A stretch of 64,000 bases of DNA from an uncultured Gammaproteobacteria bacterium (GTDB lineage Bacteria; Pseudomonadota; Gammaproteobacteria; UBA9214): positions 32,001 through 96,000 of the forward strand of contig CAVYZN010000023.1 in NCBI GenBank assembly GCA_963773065.1, given 5' to 3'. A program made the position numbers and the translations under genes. A model generated the notes under the pieces. The model saw only the letters and a program-made list of their open reading frames with translations, had not been told where the DNA came from and ran no database searches. Below, one piece after another: positions 13,563 to 24,900 of the stretch (positions are counted from its first letter, which is position 1; each line of letters opens with the position of its first letter).

Positions 13563-15306
13563 ATGAGCCTGGCGCTGACCGGCATAGGCATTTCCCGCGG
13601 CGTTGCCATCGGCAAGGCCCATATCATCGTGCGCGGGTCCCTCGAGGTGCTGGAAAGCGCCATTCCCCCCCAGTTCATCGAGGATGAGGTCACCCGCTAC
13701 CTGGATGCCATAGCCACCGCCCGCTTCCAGCTCAGGGCGATCCGTGAACGCATCCCGAAGGAAACCCGGGCGGATATCACCGCCTTCATCGATACCTATC
13801 TTTTGATGCTCGATGACGCGACGATCGTAGACATACCCGTCGAACTGATCCGCGACACCGGCTGCAATGCCGAATGGGCGCTGAAACAGCAGCGCGATGC
13901 CGTAGTCGATGTGTTCGAGAAGATGAACGACGCCTATCTGCGGACCCGCCGTGATGACGTGGATCATGTCATCAATCGCATCCTGCGCATCCTGATGGCG
14001 ACCGGCCAGAGCGAACTGCATGTCGAAGGCGGCCTGCACGGCGCCATCGTCCTCGCCGACGACCTGACGCCGGCGGAAACCGTGTTGCTCCAGCACCAGG
14101 GCATCAGCGCGTTCGCGACGGAATATGGCGGCCCGCTTTCACACACCGCCATCCTGGCGCGCAGCGTGCAACTGCCCGCCATCGTCGGCGTGCACGGCAT
14201 CCAGCACTTCCTGCAGGATGGCGAGACGGTCATACTCGACGGCCTGCATGGCGTACTGATCGCGGATCCCGACGAGAACATCCTCGCACACTATCGCGAA
14301 CGCCAGGCCCAGGAGGTGCGGCGCCGCACCGAACTGGCGAGCGCTGGTACAGACTCCGGCCATAACGCTCGACCAGACGCCGATCAGGCTCATGGCGAAC
14401 ATCGAACTTCCGGAGGATATCGAGGTCATCGTCCGGGAAAACACCCAGGGTGTCGGTCTCTACCGTACCGAATTCCTGTTCATGAACCGCTTGGCACCCC
14501 CCGATGAAGAGGAACAATACCGCTGTTACACGGGAGTCATCGAAGCGCTGAACGGCAAGCCCCTCACCATCCGCACGCTCGACATGGGCGCGGACAAGCA
14601 GGTGAACGGCGCCGCAACGAGTGGCCTTTGCGGCGGCAACCCGGCCTTGGGACTGCGCGCCATCCGCCTGTGCCTGAAGGACCTGGGCCTGTTCCGCCCC
14701 CAGTTGCGCGCCATACTGCGCGCCTCCGCTCATGGGCCGGTGCGCATGATGATTCCCATGCTGTCGAACACGCATGAACTGCAGCAGGTGCTGAACCTGA
14801 TCGAAGAGGCCAAACACTTTCTGCAGCGCCAGGGCCTGGCCTTTGACCCCCACATCCCGATCGGCGGCATGATCGAAGTCCCGGCCGCCGCACTCTCCGC
14901 GGCGGCCTTTGCCAGGCGCCTGGATTTCCTGTCCATCGGCACCAATGACCTGATCCAGTACACCCTGGCAATCGACCGCGTGGATGACGAGGTGAATTAT
15001 CTCTATGACCCCTTGCACCCGGCCGTGTTGCGGCTCATCAAGATGGTCATCGATGCCGGACTGAGCGCCGGCATACCGGTTGCCATGTGCGGTGAGATGG
15101 CGGGCGATCCGCTCTATACACGCCTGCTGCTGGGCATGGGACTGAGGGAATTCAGCATGCACCCCACCGCGCTGCAGGAAGTCAAACGCGTCATCAACCA
15201 GAGCAGCATCGACCTACTGGCTCCGCAGGTCGAGGCCCTGCTGCAAAGCGGCGAAGCCGACCAGATCATCGCCCAGGTCGAAGCCATCAACAGCTCCCTG
15301 TACTGA
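13563..15306 (+). CDS. ptsI: PEP-protein phosphotransferase, Enzyme I without GAF domain (frameshifted)
   Basis: GGPLSHTAILARS, GVGLYRTEFLF, SIGTNDLIQY, CGEMAG motifs. Confidence 0.93.
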
Positions 15307-15497
15307 GCGCAGTCGACTCCGGCGCCGCCAAACGGGGGGGCTCGCCACCTTCTTCACAATCACCATACCGCGGTAATTGCCAACACGCTGGAGTCCTTGC
15401 CACGCGGTCCGCGCGAAGTCCTCCGGAAGCTGGTCAACCTGGACGTGCGGGGAACAGAGATGGAATTGGATTTCATGGTAACCAGTTATGTAATTTC

Positions 15498-15526
15498 TTG
15501 ACATGTCTAGATTTCTACCATATTCT
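15498..15526 (+). promoter_or_regulatory. sigma-70 promoter of the defence operon (probably leaderless)
   Basis: TTGACA (15498-15503), 17-nt spacer, TATTCT (15521-15526); ATG begins at 15534 with no Shine-Dalgarno. Confidence 0.65.
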
Positions 15527-15533
15527 TCTTTCC

Positions 15534-18157
15534 ATGCTAAGAAGACGATACGAATCTGCGCAGTCTCTCGACGGTGTAATTGATCTCGAACGCCTGCGGT
15601 CCGGACCCATTGACAGCCTTGAACGGGACGCCCGGAAGTTTTTCGATCTCACCTATCTCTCGGAAGACCTACACAAGGTGCTCCGCGGGCTCAGCCAGCG
15701 ATTCAAGGAAGGCGGTCCTGGCACCGTACTTGCCCAGGCGGTAAAGGGTTTGGGTAAGTCCCATACGCTTCTCATGGGTTATCACCTATTCGCAAACCCA
15801 AGTGAAGCGAAAGTTTGGGCAGCAAATGCGGGTTACGACTGGGCACCGCCTGCAGACGCCGAGGTGATCGTCCACAAGTTCACCGATCAGTCCATGCGAG
15901 GCGACGCGCTGTGGATGCTGATCGGACAAAGGCTCGGCCAGAAGTGGAGCGAGAGTCGCCCGCCCGATCTTGACGACTCCGCGCAGCAATCAAGGATCGG
16001 CATCTTGTCCTGATCTTCGACGAGCTGGAACGCGGCATCCAGAATATCGTAAATACTGCGCGCCGCAGCCAGAACATCAGTTTTCTCCAGATGTTGAGCG
16101 AAGAGGCCGCGCGTGATACTGACGTCACGTTGTTCGCGGCGGTTTACGATGGCAACGTGGAACCCGGCTCGACGCTCAAGCGTACGCAACGGATCGAACT
16201 TCATTTCCGCAAGGCCGAGGACCGCGCCTCCATTGTCCGGCATCGCCTATTCGCGGATGCCGACAGCTATGACAAGGAGGCTGCTCGGTCTCTCGTTCGG
16301 TCGTATATCAACACTTGGCGTCGGTTCGGAGTAGAAGTTCCAGATGCCTTCATCAACCGCATGGAGACAACCTTTCCGTTTCTGCCTGACTTGATTGAAC
16401 TGGTGTTTGAACGCATCACGGAGAGTGGCGGTTTTCAAGGAACGCGCAGCGCCTTGGGCCTGCTCGGCACCATGCTCGATGCAGTGGGCGAAGGTGCGTA
16501 TCTCATGACTGCCGCGCACTGCCGCATTACCGACGCGGCTTGCGCCGACCGTCTGCTCGATCTCGATCCGACCGGGACACTCGTTAGCGCCGCTCAGTCA
16601 AACTACCGGGACCTCGCGACACAATCGTATGCCGAGGCCATCGCTTCGTCGGTCTTGTTGGCGAGCCTCGTGCCTGGCGGCCGCGCGGCCGGCTTGTCGG
16701 CCGAGGAGCTGGTGCGACATGTGGTCAAGCCCGGGGACGACCCGAATCAATTTCATGCCGGGGTAGAGGCGTTCAAGAAGTTCGGGACGCGCTTTCACGA
16801 GCGCGAGGGACGTCTGTTGTTCGATCTGGAGGAGAACGAATACGCCAAGGTCGAGCTGGATGCAATCCGGCACAACGACGAGGCCGCGCGCGATCAAATC
16901 GTCCAAATCTGGCGACAGGACGTGTTCCGCGACATGCACCAGTGCGTGGTTTTCCGCGACCTTGAGGAGACGCGGTTTACCCTCCAGGGTTTTTCGAAGC
17001 ACGGCCAGCGGTACATGTTGGCGCCGCGGCGTTCGTCCCAAGAGGAACGTTTCGCCCTTTACCAAGGGCTCGAATTGCGAAACCAGGTCCTGTTGCTGGA
17101 GCCGCGCGACAGCAGAGTGGATCATCTCAACAACGCTGACCTGCGGGCGATTGCCAAGCGACTCAAGGCCTCCAAGCAGCTCGCTGAGTCGTCTACAAAT
17201 GTCGAGCGGCGCGCGAAGTTCGAGCGGACGAGCGGGATCAAACGCAGATGATTCAGCGCGCGCTGAAGCAGGCGGGACTCGTCTACGCTCGGATCGAACG
17301 CTGGGGCGACGAGCCGAGCCAGGTGCGATTTGAGGAGGAAAGCCTGGGGCAGGCCAGCAGCAAGGAAGAGGTATTGAGCTACCTCCGCACGCAGGTCTTC
17401 CGGTTTCGCTGTTCGAGGAACACCTTCGCAAGAACCTGCAAGGTTTGATCGGTCAACGCGTAGAGCAAGTAGATCGTGCCTACCGCAACACGTTGGGATC
17501 CCGAGTGCCGCTGACGGTCGGCATGGTAACTGACGCGCTGCGTGCCTTGGTGGAAGACCGCAACCGGATTCTCGGTCGACAACACCCGAGGGGAAATTTG
17601 CGGCGAGCGCGTGACTCTCACGTACTCGGAACTTGGGCAAGCTGTATTGGCTCAGCAATGGGCTACGAAGATGGACCGACCCGCGGCGGTAGCGCCTTCC
17701 ATTGCTTCGATATCCGCAGATCTCCGCAGGTAGTGAGAGGGTAGCACCGATCGGTGTTGATGTTGGCACAGGCGAGCTTGAGCTTCCTGCGCCCGCTGTC
17801 GTAGCCGAGGAAAGGGCCACGCCCCATTGCCGAAGCCTCGGCGAGCTTCGCCAACAAGTCGCGGTACGGCTAACCGATCTGGAAGAACCGGTCATCCGCT
17901 TGGCACGGTTCACAGTGTTTGCGAACTATCGCAACCAGGAGCTTTCAGGATTAGCCGCGGCGTACCGTGGCGCATTGTCCGGTGCAGGCGACCTGGACGT
18001 TCAGCTCGATATTACCGTACGCGGCCCGATGACGAAGGTGGCTCTGGAGCAGCACTGCGAGAAGTTGCCGAATATCGCGAGCGCTAATTATTCCGCGCGC
18101 TTCAGTGTCGAGGTGTCTTCCGAGGGCCGGAACAGGAAGGAGGAAGCGCTCTTGTGA
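15534..18157 (+). CDS. DUF499-type (BrxC-related) P-loop ATPase, split by several frameshifts
   Basis: FFDLTYLSEDL, Walker A AVKGLGKSH, Walker B HLVLIFDELE, FPFLPDLIELVFERI, FQGTRSALGLL. Consecutive ORFs 15498-16013, 16091-17251, 17248-17448, 17445-17744, 17702-18157. Confidence 0.75.
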
Positions 18158-19148
18158 ACACTGCCGCGCTGGATCGTGAACTGCTCGACCACCTCACCCG
18201 TCCTGGCGCGCGCCTGCCGAAGCTTGAACGTTGGTTGTTGGACGAGGTGTGGACACAGGCCGCGTTCGAGTCCGCCAGCAAGTCACCGCAAGCCTACTTG
18301 CAGAGTGGCGAAGGGCAGGTCAACGAGCGCGAGAACCTACTGCGAACCGCAGCGGCATCGTTGTTCGACGAGCTGACCGCAACGCCTGCGCAGGATAGGA
18401 CGGTCGGCGCGTTCTTCGCGCAGAACCAGAAGTCGGCCGCTGTGTTGTTTGATGGGTGCTCCCTGCGGGAGATGCCGCGGCTGCTGGATCTCGCTAAGGC
18501 TTCGCGGCGAGAGGTGTTGGAGCTTGGGTGCAGCCGGCGCCGCCATACCGAGCGAGACAGAGTACTTCGTCTCGGATCGCCTTGGCCTGGGATTGCCGAC
18601 CATCGGTCCGTCGCAGCTTACCGGACGCGCCGAGATGAAACAGCGAAATGTCCGCTTCTACTACTACCGGCAGACCAGCGATCACCACACCATCCAGGAT
18701 GGCGAAGAATCGTTTCCGCTTTGGACGCGGTTCCCGGATCAACGCTACACGGACAGCACGGCGACCAATGTAGGCCATGTTTGACGGGCTTTGGGACGGG
18801 CTGGAACAGACCTGGCGACGCACGGTTCAAGCGGTGCCGCCGGATCGCAAGGTGCTGGTCACGAGCGATCACGGCTACATATTCCTCGGCTCGGGATTGA
18901 GCGACCCCAGTCTCAGGGGCGCGGATCGGATACTGGATGGAAAGCGTTTCCGGGTGTTCGAGCCAAACGAGTCGTTGCCGGCGAGCGGCAACGGCCTGTG
19001 GGTAGATGCCAGCCGCCGGTTGGCCGTGTTGGCGGGGCGGGGGCATAACCGGTTTCAAGGTCCAGGAGCGCAATCCGTCTACCGTCACGGTGGGTTGACG
19101 CTGATGGAAATGTTGACGCCCTGGCTGGTTCTGGGGCTGGTTAGGTAA
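18154..19148 (+). CDS. Stand-alone PglZ-like alkaline-phosphatase-superfamily protein (frameshifted)
   Basis: Motifs in order across three frames: VLFDGCSLRE, IPSET, VTSDHGY, YRHGGLTLMEMLTPW. Confidence 0.78.
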
Positions 19149-19152
19149 GCCT

Positions 19153-20457
19153 ATGTCATACCGCGAAGACCAACTCCTCTTTTACGAAGGCGACTTGGAC
19201 GCCGTACTTCGCGCACAAGTCGCAAGTGTGAGGGAACGTGTGGATGATATCCCTCGCGATCAGTTTCTTTCGTCGCCAGAAGATACGCTTGTGGAGCACA
19301 TTCGCTCATCCATGGAAATTGAGCCGCTCCAGCTCCATGAAGACGCGATGGTGATGGAGCAGCAGGAAACCAAGATCGACGTCAGCCGCTGGCCTGACCG
19401 TAATGTGTTCCGCGAGCCAGGTCCAATTTACGTGTCTGGCGTGAAGGTCACCGTAACGATTCCCTACTCCGGCGATCCGACTCTCTGGAAGTTGCGCTCG
19501 AATCCGTATCAAACGGTTTTCCCGCGCGGCGTTATCCGCATGCCTGGACGCGATAAAATTGGTCATCTGGATGTTGTCCTTCAGCAGCCGAGCGACGAGC
19601 CCGCGGAGAAGCCGAAACGTGAGCTTGATGACACGCTTCGAGGCATCCGCTTTTATCTGGAAAACCAGAAGCGGCAGATTGAACAACACAACGCGGGTCT
19701 ACCAAATGCAATCCGTCAAGCGGTTCAGGCGAGACGCACCCGACTTCAAGCGCACGATGGCATTGCGCAAGCGCTGAATATTCCTCTCAAACGGCGCGAG
19801 GGTGCGCCGGAGATTCGTCCGATCGCCGTGCAGCGGAAACTGGTGCGTCCACTTCCGGCTCCCCCAAAGGGCGGCTACAAACCGGAACCTGGAATCACCG
19901 ATGACGACTATGATCACATTCTCGCCGTCATCCGGCATGAAGGCAGGACATTCGAGACGACGTCCGGAACCTTCGCTGTTCATGACGAAGAACAGTTGAG
20001 GGATATCGTTCTCGCGCACCTCAATGGCCATTACCAGGGTGGTGCAACGGGTGAGACGTTCCGGCGCAGCGGTAAGACAGATATACGTATCGAAAACGAC
20101 AGACGTGCTGCGTTCGTAGCGGAATGCAAAGTATGGCGGGGCGCGAAAGAGTTGACCGATGCGGTTGGTCAATTGCTGAGCTATCTCACCTGGCGCGACT
20201 GCAAGGCCGCGATTGTGATCTTTAACAAGCACAACGCCGGCTTCTCCGAGTTGCTGCAGAAGGTCCCGGAAACGCTTGCGGCGCATCCTCGGGTAAGAAA
20301 GAAACCCGGGCAACGCACTGATGGCGAGTGGCGTTTCGTCTTCGCCTCGGCTGAAGACGAGGCACGTGAAGTCGTCGTCCATGTGTTTCTGTTCAATCTC
20401 TATGTGAAGGATAAGACCGTCCGAGCAGCTTTTGAGGCAGTTGGGCAAGGAGGTTAA
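19153..20457 (+). CDS. Putative PD-(D/E)xK restriction-endonuclease-like protein
   Basis: Intact 434-aa ORF; C-terminal GETFRRSGKTDIRI...AECKVWRG...GQLLSY (D, ExK, QxxxY pattern). Confidence 0.65.
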   Translation: MSYREDQLLFYEGDLDAVLRAQVASVRERVDDIPRDQFLSSPEDTLVEHIRSSMEIEPLQLHEDAMVMEQQETKIDVSRWPDRNVFREPGPIYVSGVKVTVTIPYSGDPTLWKLRSNPYQTVFPRGVIRMPGRDKIGHLDVVLQQPSDEPAEKPKRELDDTLRGIRFYLENQKRQIEQHNAGLPNAIRQAVQARRTRLQAHDGIAQALNIPLKRREGAPEIRPIAVQRKLVRPLPAPPKGGYKPEPGITDDDYDHILAVIRHEGRTFETTSGTFAVHDEEQLRDIVLAHLNGHYQGGATGETFRRSGKTDIRIENDRRAAFVAECKVWRGAKELTDAVGQLLSYLTWRDCKAAIVIFNKHNAGFSELLQKVPETLAAHPRVRKKPGQRTDGEWRFVFASAEDEAREVVVHVFLFNLYVKDKTVRAAFEAVGQGG

Positions 20458-20461
20458 TCGT

Positions 20462-20705
20462 ATGAAACAGAAAGTTGGGACTTTAATTGAGGAAGACGTG
20501 GTGCGCCGGGCCAAACGCCGGGCGGCCAACGAAGGGCGGCCCCTGAGCGACCTGATTCAGGACGCCTTGGAAAGCTATTTGTCCACGACGGTTTTAGAGC
20601 CGGCGAAGCGCGATGCGGCCTACCAGCTTTTCTGCGAGCGACCGATGAAGCTCGCTCCCGAGCAGTTCAAGGCCGTGCTCGAAGAGGACGCGTGGGATTC
20701 TGTGA
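20462..20705 (+). CDS. Ribbon-helix-helix antitoxin (VapB-like)
   Basis: MKQKVGTLIEEDVVRRAKRRAANEGRPLSDLIQDALESYL has the RHH pattern; GTGA overlap with the downstream PIN gene. Confidence 0.7.
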
Positions 20706-21208
20706 ACCTCGACGACATTCCAAGCGGCAGTCTGTGCGTGATTGATACAAACGTCTTACTCTATGCCGAGCAGAACGTTTCCGATCAGGCGCAGCGGCTC
20801 ATCCGGCGCTGCGCCCAGGGCGAACTGATCGGCACGCTTCCGCAGACGATTTGGCAGGAGCTGACTCACAAGCTCATGCTCGCCGAGGCCATGACGAAAG
20901 GGCTCATTGGGGGTGGCAATCCGGCCGCACGCTTGGGCAGCAAGCCGGATGCGGTACGCGGATTGAGTCTTTATCGAGCCAAGGTTCAGGCGTTAGTGGA
21001 CCTCGGCCTCGGCTTCGAAGTTTGCACCCTGACCGATCTGACCAAAACCGCCTTCGGGCTGCAAGAGAAGTACGGCTTCTTAACTAACGATGCGGTGATG
21101 CTGGCCGTGGCGATACGACTAAAGGCCGATGCATTGGTATCTACAGATCGTGGATTTCGCTCGATCAGCGATATGGCGGTCTTCTATCCCACAGACCTGC
21201 GGATTTGA
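20702..21208 (+). CDS. PIN-domain toxin (VapC-like)
   Basis: VIDTNVLLY, IWQEL, LTNDAVMLAVA, LVSTDRGF conserved acidic PIN residues. Confidence 0.85.
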   Translation: MNLDDIPSGSLCVIDTNVLLYAEQNVSDQAQRLIRRCAQGELIGTLPQTIWQELTHKLMLAEAMTKGLIGGGNPAARLGSKPDAVRGLSLYRAKVQALVDLGLGFEVCTLTDLTKTAFGLQEKYGFLTNDAVMLAVAIRLKADALVSTDRGFRSISDMAVFYPTDLRI

Positions 21209-21209
21209 T

Positions 21210-21986
21210 ATGGAAAAGGCAAGAACGCTAATCGAGCGACTGTTATCTGAAGTGTGCAACTCGGATGGTTCCGCAGCTGTCCAGAAATACAGGTCGCTGC
21301 GAGATGTGGACGCAAAGGTACGGGAATTTGGAATGTTGCTGGGTAGCCTTCCCGATAACTCTCGCACGCTAAGGGAGTCCTTCGAAAAGGATGTGGACTT
21401 TACCGCCAATAGCCGGAGAGTGAGGTTGGAAGCGTTGGCCAATTATTGTCGAACTGTTCTGCGATTTTTGGATAACGGCATTATTGAAAATAAGAAACAG
21501 GTTTTTAAGGGGCCGGTTCTTTCGAAAATAACTGCAGTTATGCCACAGCTCGAAGAGGTTATCCAAGATAGATGGATTGAGGCGCAGAAATGTCAGCATG
21601 CTGGGGCATATCTTGCTGCCGTCATCCTGATGGGAAGCATTTTAGAGGCGCTTCTGTTGTCGAGAGCAACAATGACGCCGGCGGACTGCTATACGGCATC
21701 AAGAGCCCCTAAAGATAAGAACAGCAAAATTCTTGCGGTACAGGACTGGAACCTCAGTAGCTTGATCGAGGTGGCCGCCGAGTGCGGATGGCTAAAGGTG
21801 GATAGAGCCAAATTCAGTCATGCACTGAGGGAGTCTCGTAATGTGGTTCACCCATGGCAGCATGTGGCGCTGAGGGCTGAGTTTGACGAAGCCACATGCA
21901 AGACGTGTTGGCATGTTCTAAACGCATCGGTTGATGACCTGCTTAAGTCGATTTCACAGTCACAGGCCGCCGTGAAAATTACATGA
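21210..21986 (+). CDS. HEPN/DUF4145-like protein
   Basis: EAQKCQHAGAYLAAVILMGSILEALL, LSSLIEVA and LRESRNVVHP motifs; visibly more AT-rich than its flanks. Confidence 0.6.
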   Translation: MEKARTLIERLLSEVCNSDGSAAVQKYRSLRDVDAKVREFGMLLGSLPDNSRTLRESFEKDVDFTANSRRVRLEALANYCRTVLRFLDNGIIENKKQVFKGPVLSKITAVMPQLEEVIQDRWIEAQKCQHAGAYLAAVILMGSILEALLLSRATMTPADCYTASRAPKDKNSKILAVQDWNLSSLIEVAAECGWLKVDRAKFSHALRESRNVVHPWQHVALRAEFDEATCKTCWHVLNASVDDLLKSISQSQAAVKIT

Positions 21987-24900
21987 GCGCCCAACCGGAC
22001 ACCCAAGATTTGAAAATACCTTCCCCGCGCGCCATCGAGGTAGGTTTTCCTATCGTCGAAATCAACCGCCTCGCCGAACCGGAGCGCAACAGCTTCAAGC
22101 CGATCTACCAGATGCACAAGTGGTTCGCGCGGCGTGCCTCGTGCGTGTTTCGCGCCATCCTGCTCGGTGCGCTCAAGCCGGCGTTCAATCCGGACGGCAC
22201 GCCGGTGGATCTTGATGGCGGAGTTCTATAAGGACCACGGCCTCGATCCCGATACGCAGGGCAAGGTGGTGCTCGATCCCTTCATGGGCGGCGGCACGAC
22301 GGTGGTGGAGGCGCTGCGCCTCGGGTGCAAGGTGATCGGCATCGATCTCAATCCGGTTGCCTGGTTCATCGTCAAGATCGAAGTGGAACCGGTGGACATC
22401 GAGGCGCTGAAAAGCGCCTTCGAGCGCCTGGCGGCGCGTCCCGTTGCTTGGAACGGCGGGAAGCCCCTGCGGGAAACGCTCCTCGATCTCTACAGGACCG
22501 AGGTGCTGTCCGGTCTCGACGCGGATGTGATCTACACCTTCTGGGTCAAGCACGCGATCTGCACCGACCCTACCTGCAAGAAGGAAGTGCCGCTCTTCAA
22601 GGACTACGTTGTCGCCGCGAAGGCGCTGTCGGTGAGGTACCACCGCGACGTGCGTCTGCCCCGAGTGTAAGAAAGTCCTTCGACTGGGAAGTGAGTATCG
22701 CCTCACTGATCGCCGATCCGGCGATGATGGTGAATAGCCCCAGGGGCGCGGCGGGCGAAGGCCGACCCACGGCGGTGTGGACGTATGCGCCCGAGCCGCC
22801 CAAGACCGAAGAACAGGCGCGAGACAAGTCTTGCGGACATGACCTGTCCGCACTGCGCGAAGTCCGTGCGCGTGCAGGTTCCATGGGACAAGAAGAAGGA
22901 GCGCAAGAAGGTTCCACTCACGGTGCTGCTCTGTCCGGCGTGCGAAGCTGTATGGCAGTGGCGCGGTCCGTTGCCCGAGGGCGAACTCGCCTGCCCTGCG
23001 TGCAAACATGGCTACGACCCGAAGAAGGGTAACGTGCCGGAGAAGGGTTACTTCCAGTGCCGCTGCGGTAACAAGGACCGGATCATCGAAAGCATCCGCC
23101 TGCTGCCGCAGGAGCAGCGTTTGCCGGTTCGCCCCTATGCGTTGCAGGCATATCTTCCGCCCGAATCCGAAGAGGAATCGCCAGGCGATGGCGAGCAGGG
23201 CGTCGCTGTTCGATGACATGCCACAGCAGGCGGTAACTGCTCGCTCGCCCGCCGCCGAACGAAGGCGCACCTGCTGTTGCCGGAGAACGGCAAGTTCTTC
23301 AAGCGTTGGTCCGCTTCCGATCAGGCTCGGCTGCAACGCGCGGAGATGCTGTGGGAGAAGAACAAGACGGGCCTGCCTTATCCCAAGAGCACGATACCGG
23401 TCGGCGAAAAGACCAAATCGGGCTTGCTCGCACACCACTACAACCACTGGCACGAGATGTTCGCCCCGCGCCAGTTGCTCGCGCTCTCCACGCTGCTTGC
23501 AAGGGATTATGGCGGAGCCGGGCGAGAAGCTGCGGGAGACTGTTGCTGTGTGCGTTCTCGGATTGTGTTGGTAGAAACAAATTATTTCTGTCGGTACTTC
23601 AATGACCGCAATACGATACAAGAGATATTCTCGCGCCACGACTATCAGCCGAAGACTGACGATCGCAGAAGGTAGTGTTTTTGGTGACTGACAGTATCCG
23701 TGGCACCTACCCGCAGATGTTTGGGCGTTTGATAGAAGGCAAGACTTTCAACCGTGAGGCGTTCGACTGGAAACGCAATGCAGGTGACAAGCCGGAAAAA
23801 GTCATCGTTGACATTAGATAGTTGATGGCATGTCTGCAAACCTTAGATTGCACGAACTCAGCAACCTTGTTAACGGTTGATCCCATCTACCCCCAATGTG
23901 TTATTACCGACCCACCCTATGTCGGAAACGTTAACTACTCGAGTTGGCGGACTTCTTTCTACGTCTGGCTGCGGCTTGTTTTGAAGGATCGCTATCTTTG
24001 GTTTGCTCCTGAACACACGCCTAAAGCCGAAGAGATCGTCGAGAATCGGACGCGTGTCAAAAGCGAAGCGGATTTCTACGCCGGGCTTATCTGAAGTCTT
24101 CAAGCGCGCGCATGACTTACTGCCACCCGATGGCGTGCTTGCCTTTACGTTTCATCACACTGATCAAAAGGGCACGGTCTGGGAAGGCATGCTCAAGCCC
24201 TGTGCGACACAGGGTACGAAATCGTAGCGGTCTATCCCGTCCATGGTGAACTCGGAGTCCTCTCTGCACTTGATGGACAAGGAGAACATCTCCTATGACC
24301 TGATCCATGTTTGTCGCAAGCGGCAGGACGAATCCGACGCCGCGTTCCTGGGCCGGTATCCGGCAGGAAGTGCGCCGCCTGGCGCGCGCGGAGCTGGCGG
24401 AAATCGAAGAAGGGGCGCTACGGCAACAAGCCGCTGCCCGAACCGGATGTGCGGCTGATCTGCATCGGCAAGTGCCTGGAGCTTTACAGCGCGCACTACG
24501 ACCGGGTGCTCGACCACGAAGGCAAAACTTACCCACTGCACAAGGCGCTGCAGGACATCGGCAGCATCGTGGACCAGCTCGTCACACGCGAGCGCCCACT
24601 GCCGCCAGAGCTGGAAGACGTGGAATCGCTGACCTATGACGTGGCTGCGCCTGCTCGCGGAGGCCAGGCGCGAAAGCTGAGCGTGGACAGGATCAGCAAG
24701 TATTCGCGGGCGATCCAGGTAAGCACCGACGACCTCAAAAGGGCTGGGCTCATCATCCGCGGGCGTACCGGAAAGCGCGGGCGGACGAAAAAGAAACTAC
24801 GAGGTCAAACAGCCGAACGAGCGTCTCGAACAGGCTCTGCTGGAAAAGCTGCGCAAGGCCAGCCAATCGGCGGCACAGGGCAATGAAACTGCTCGAAGAG

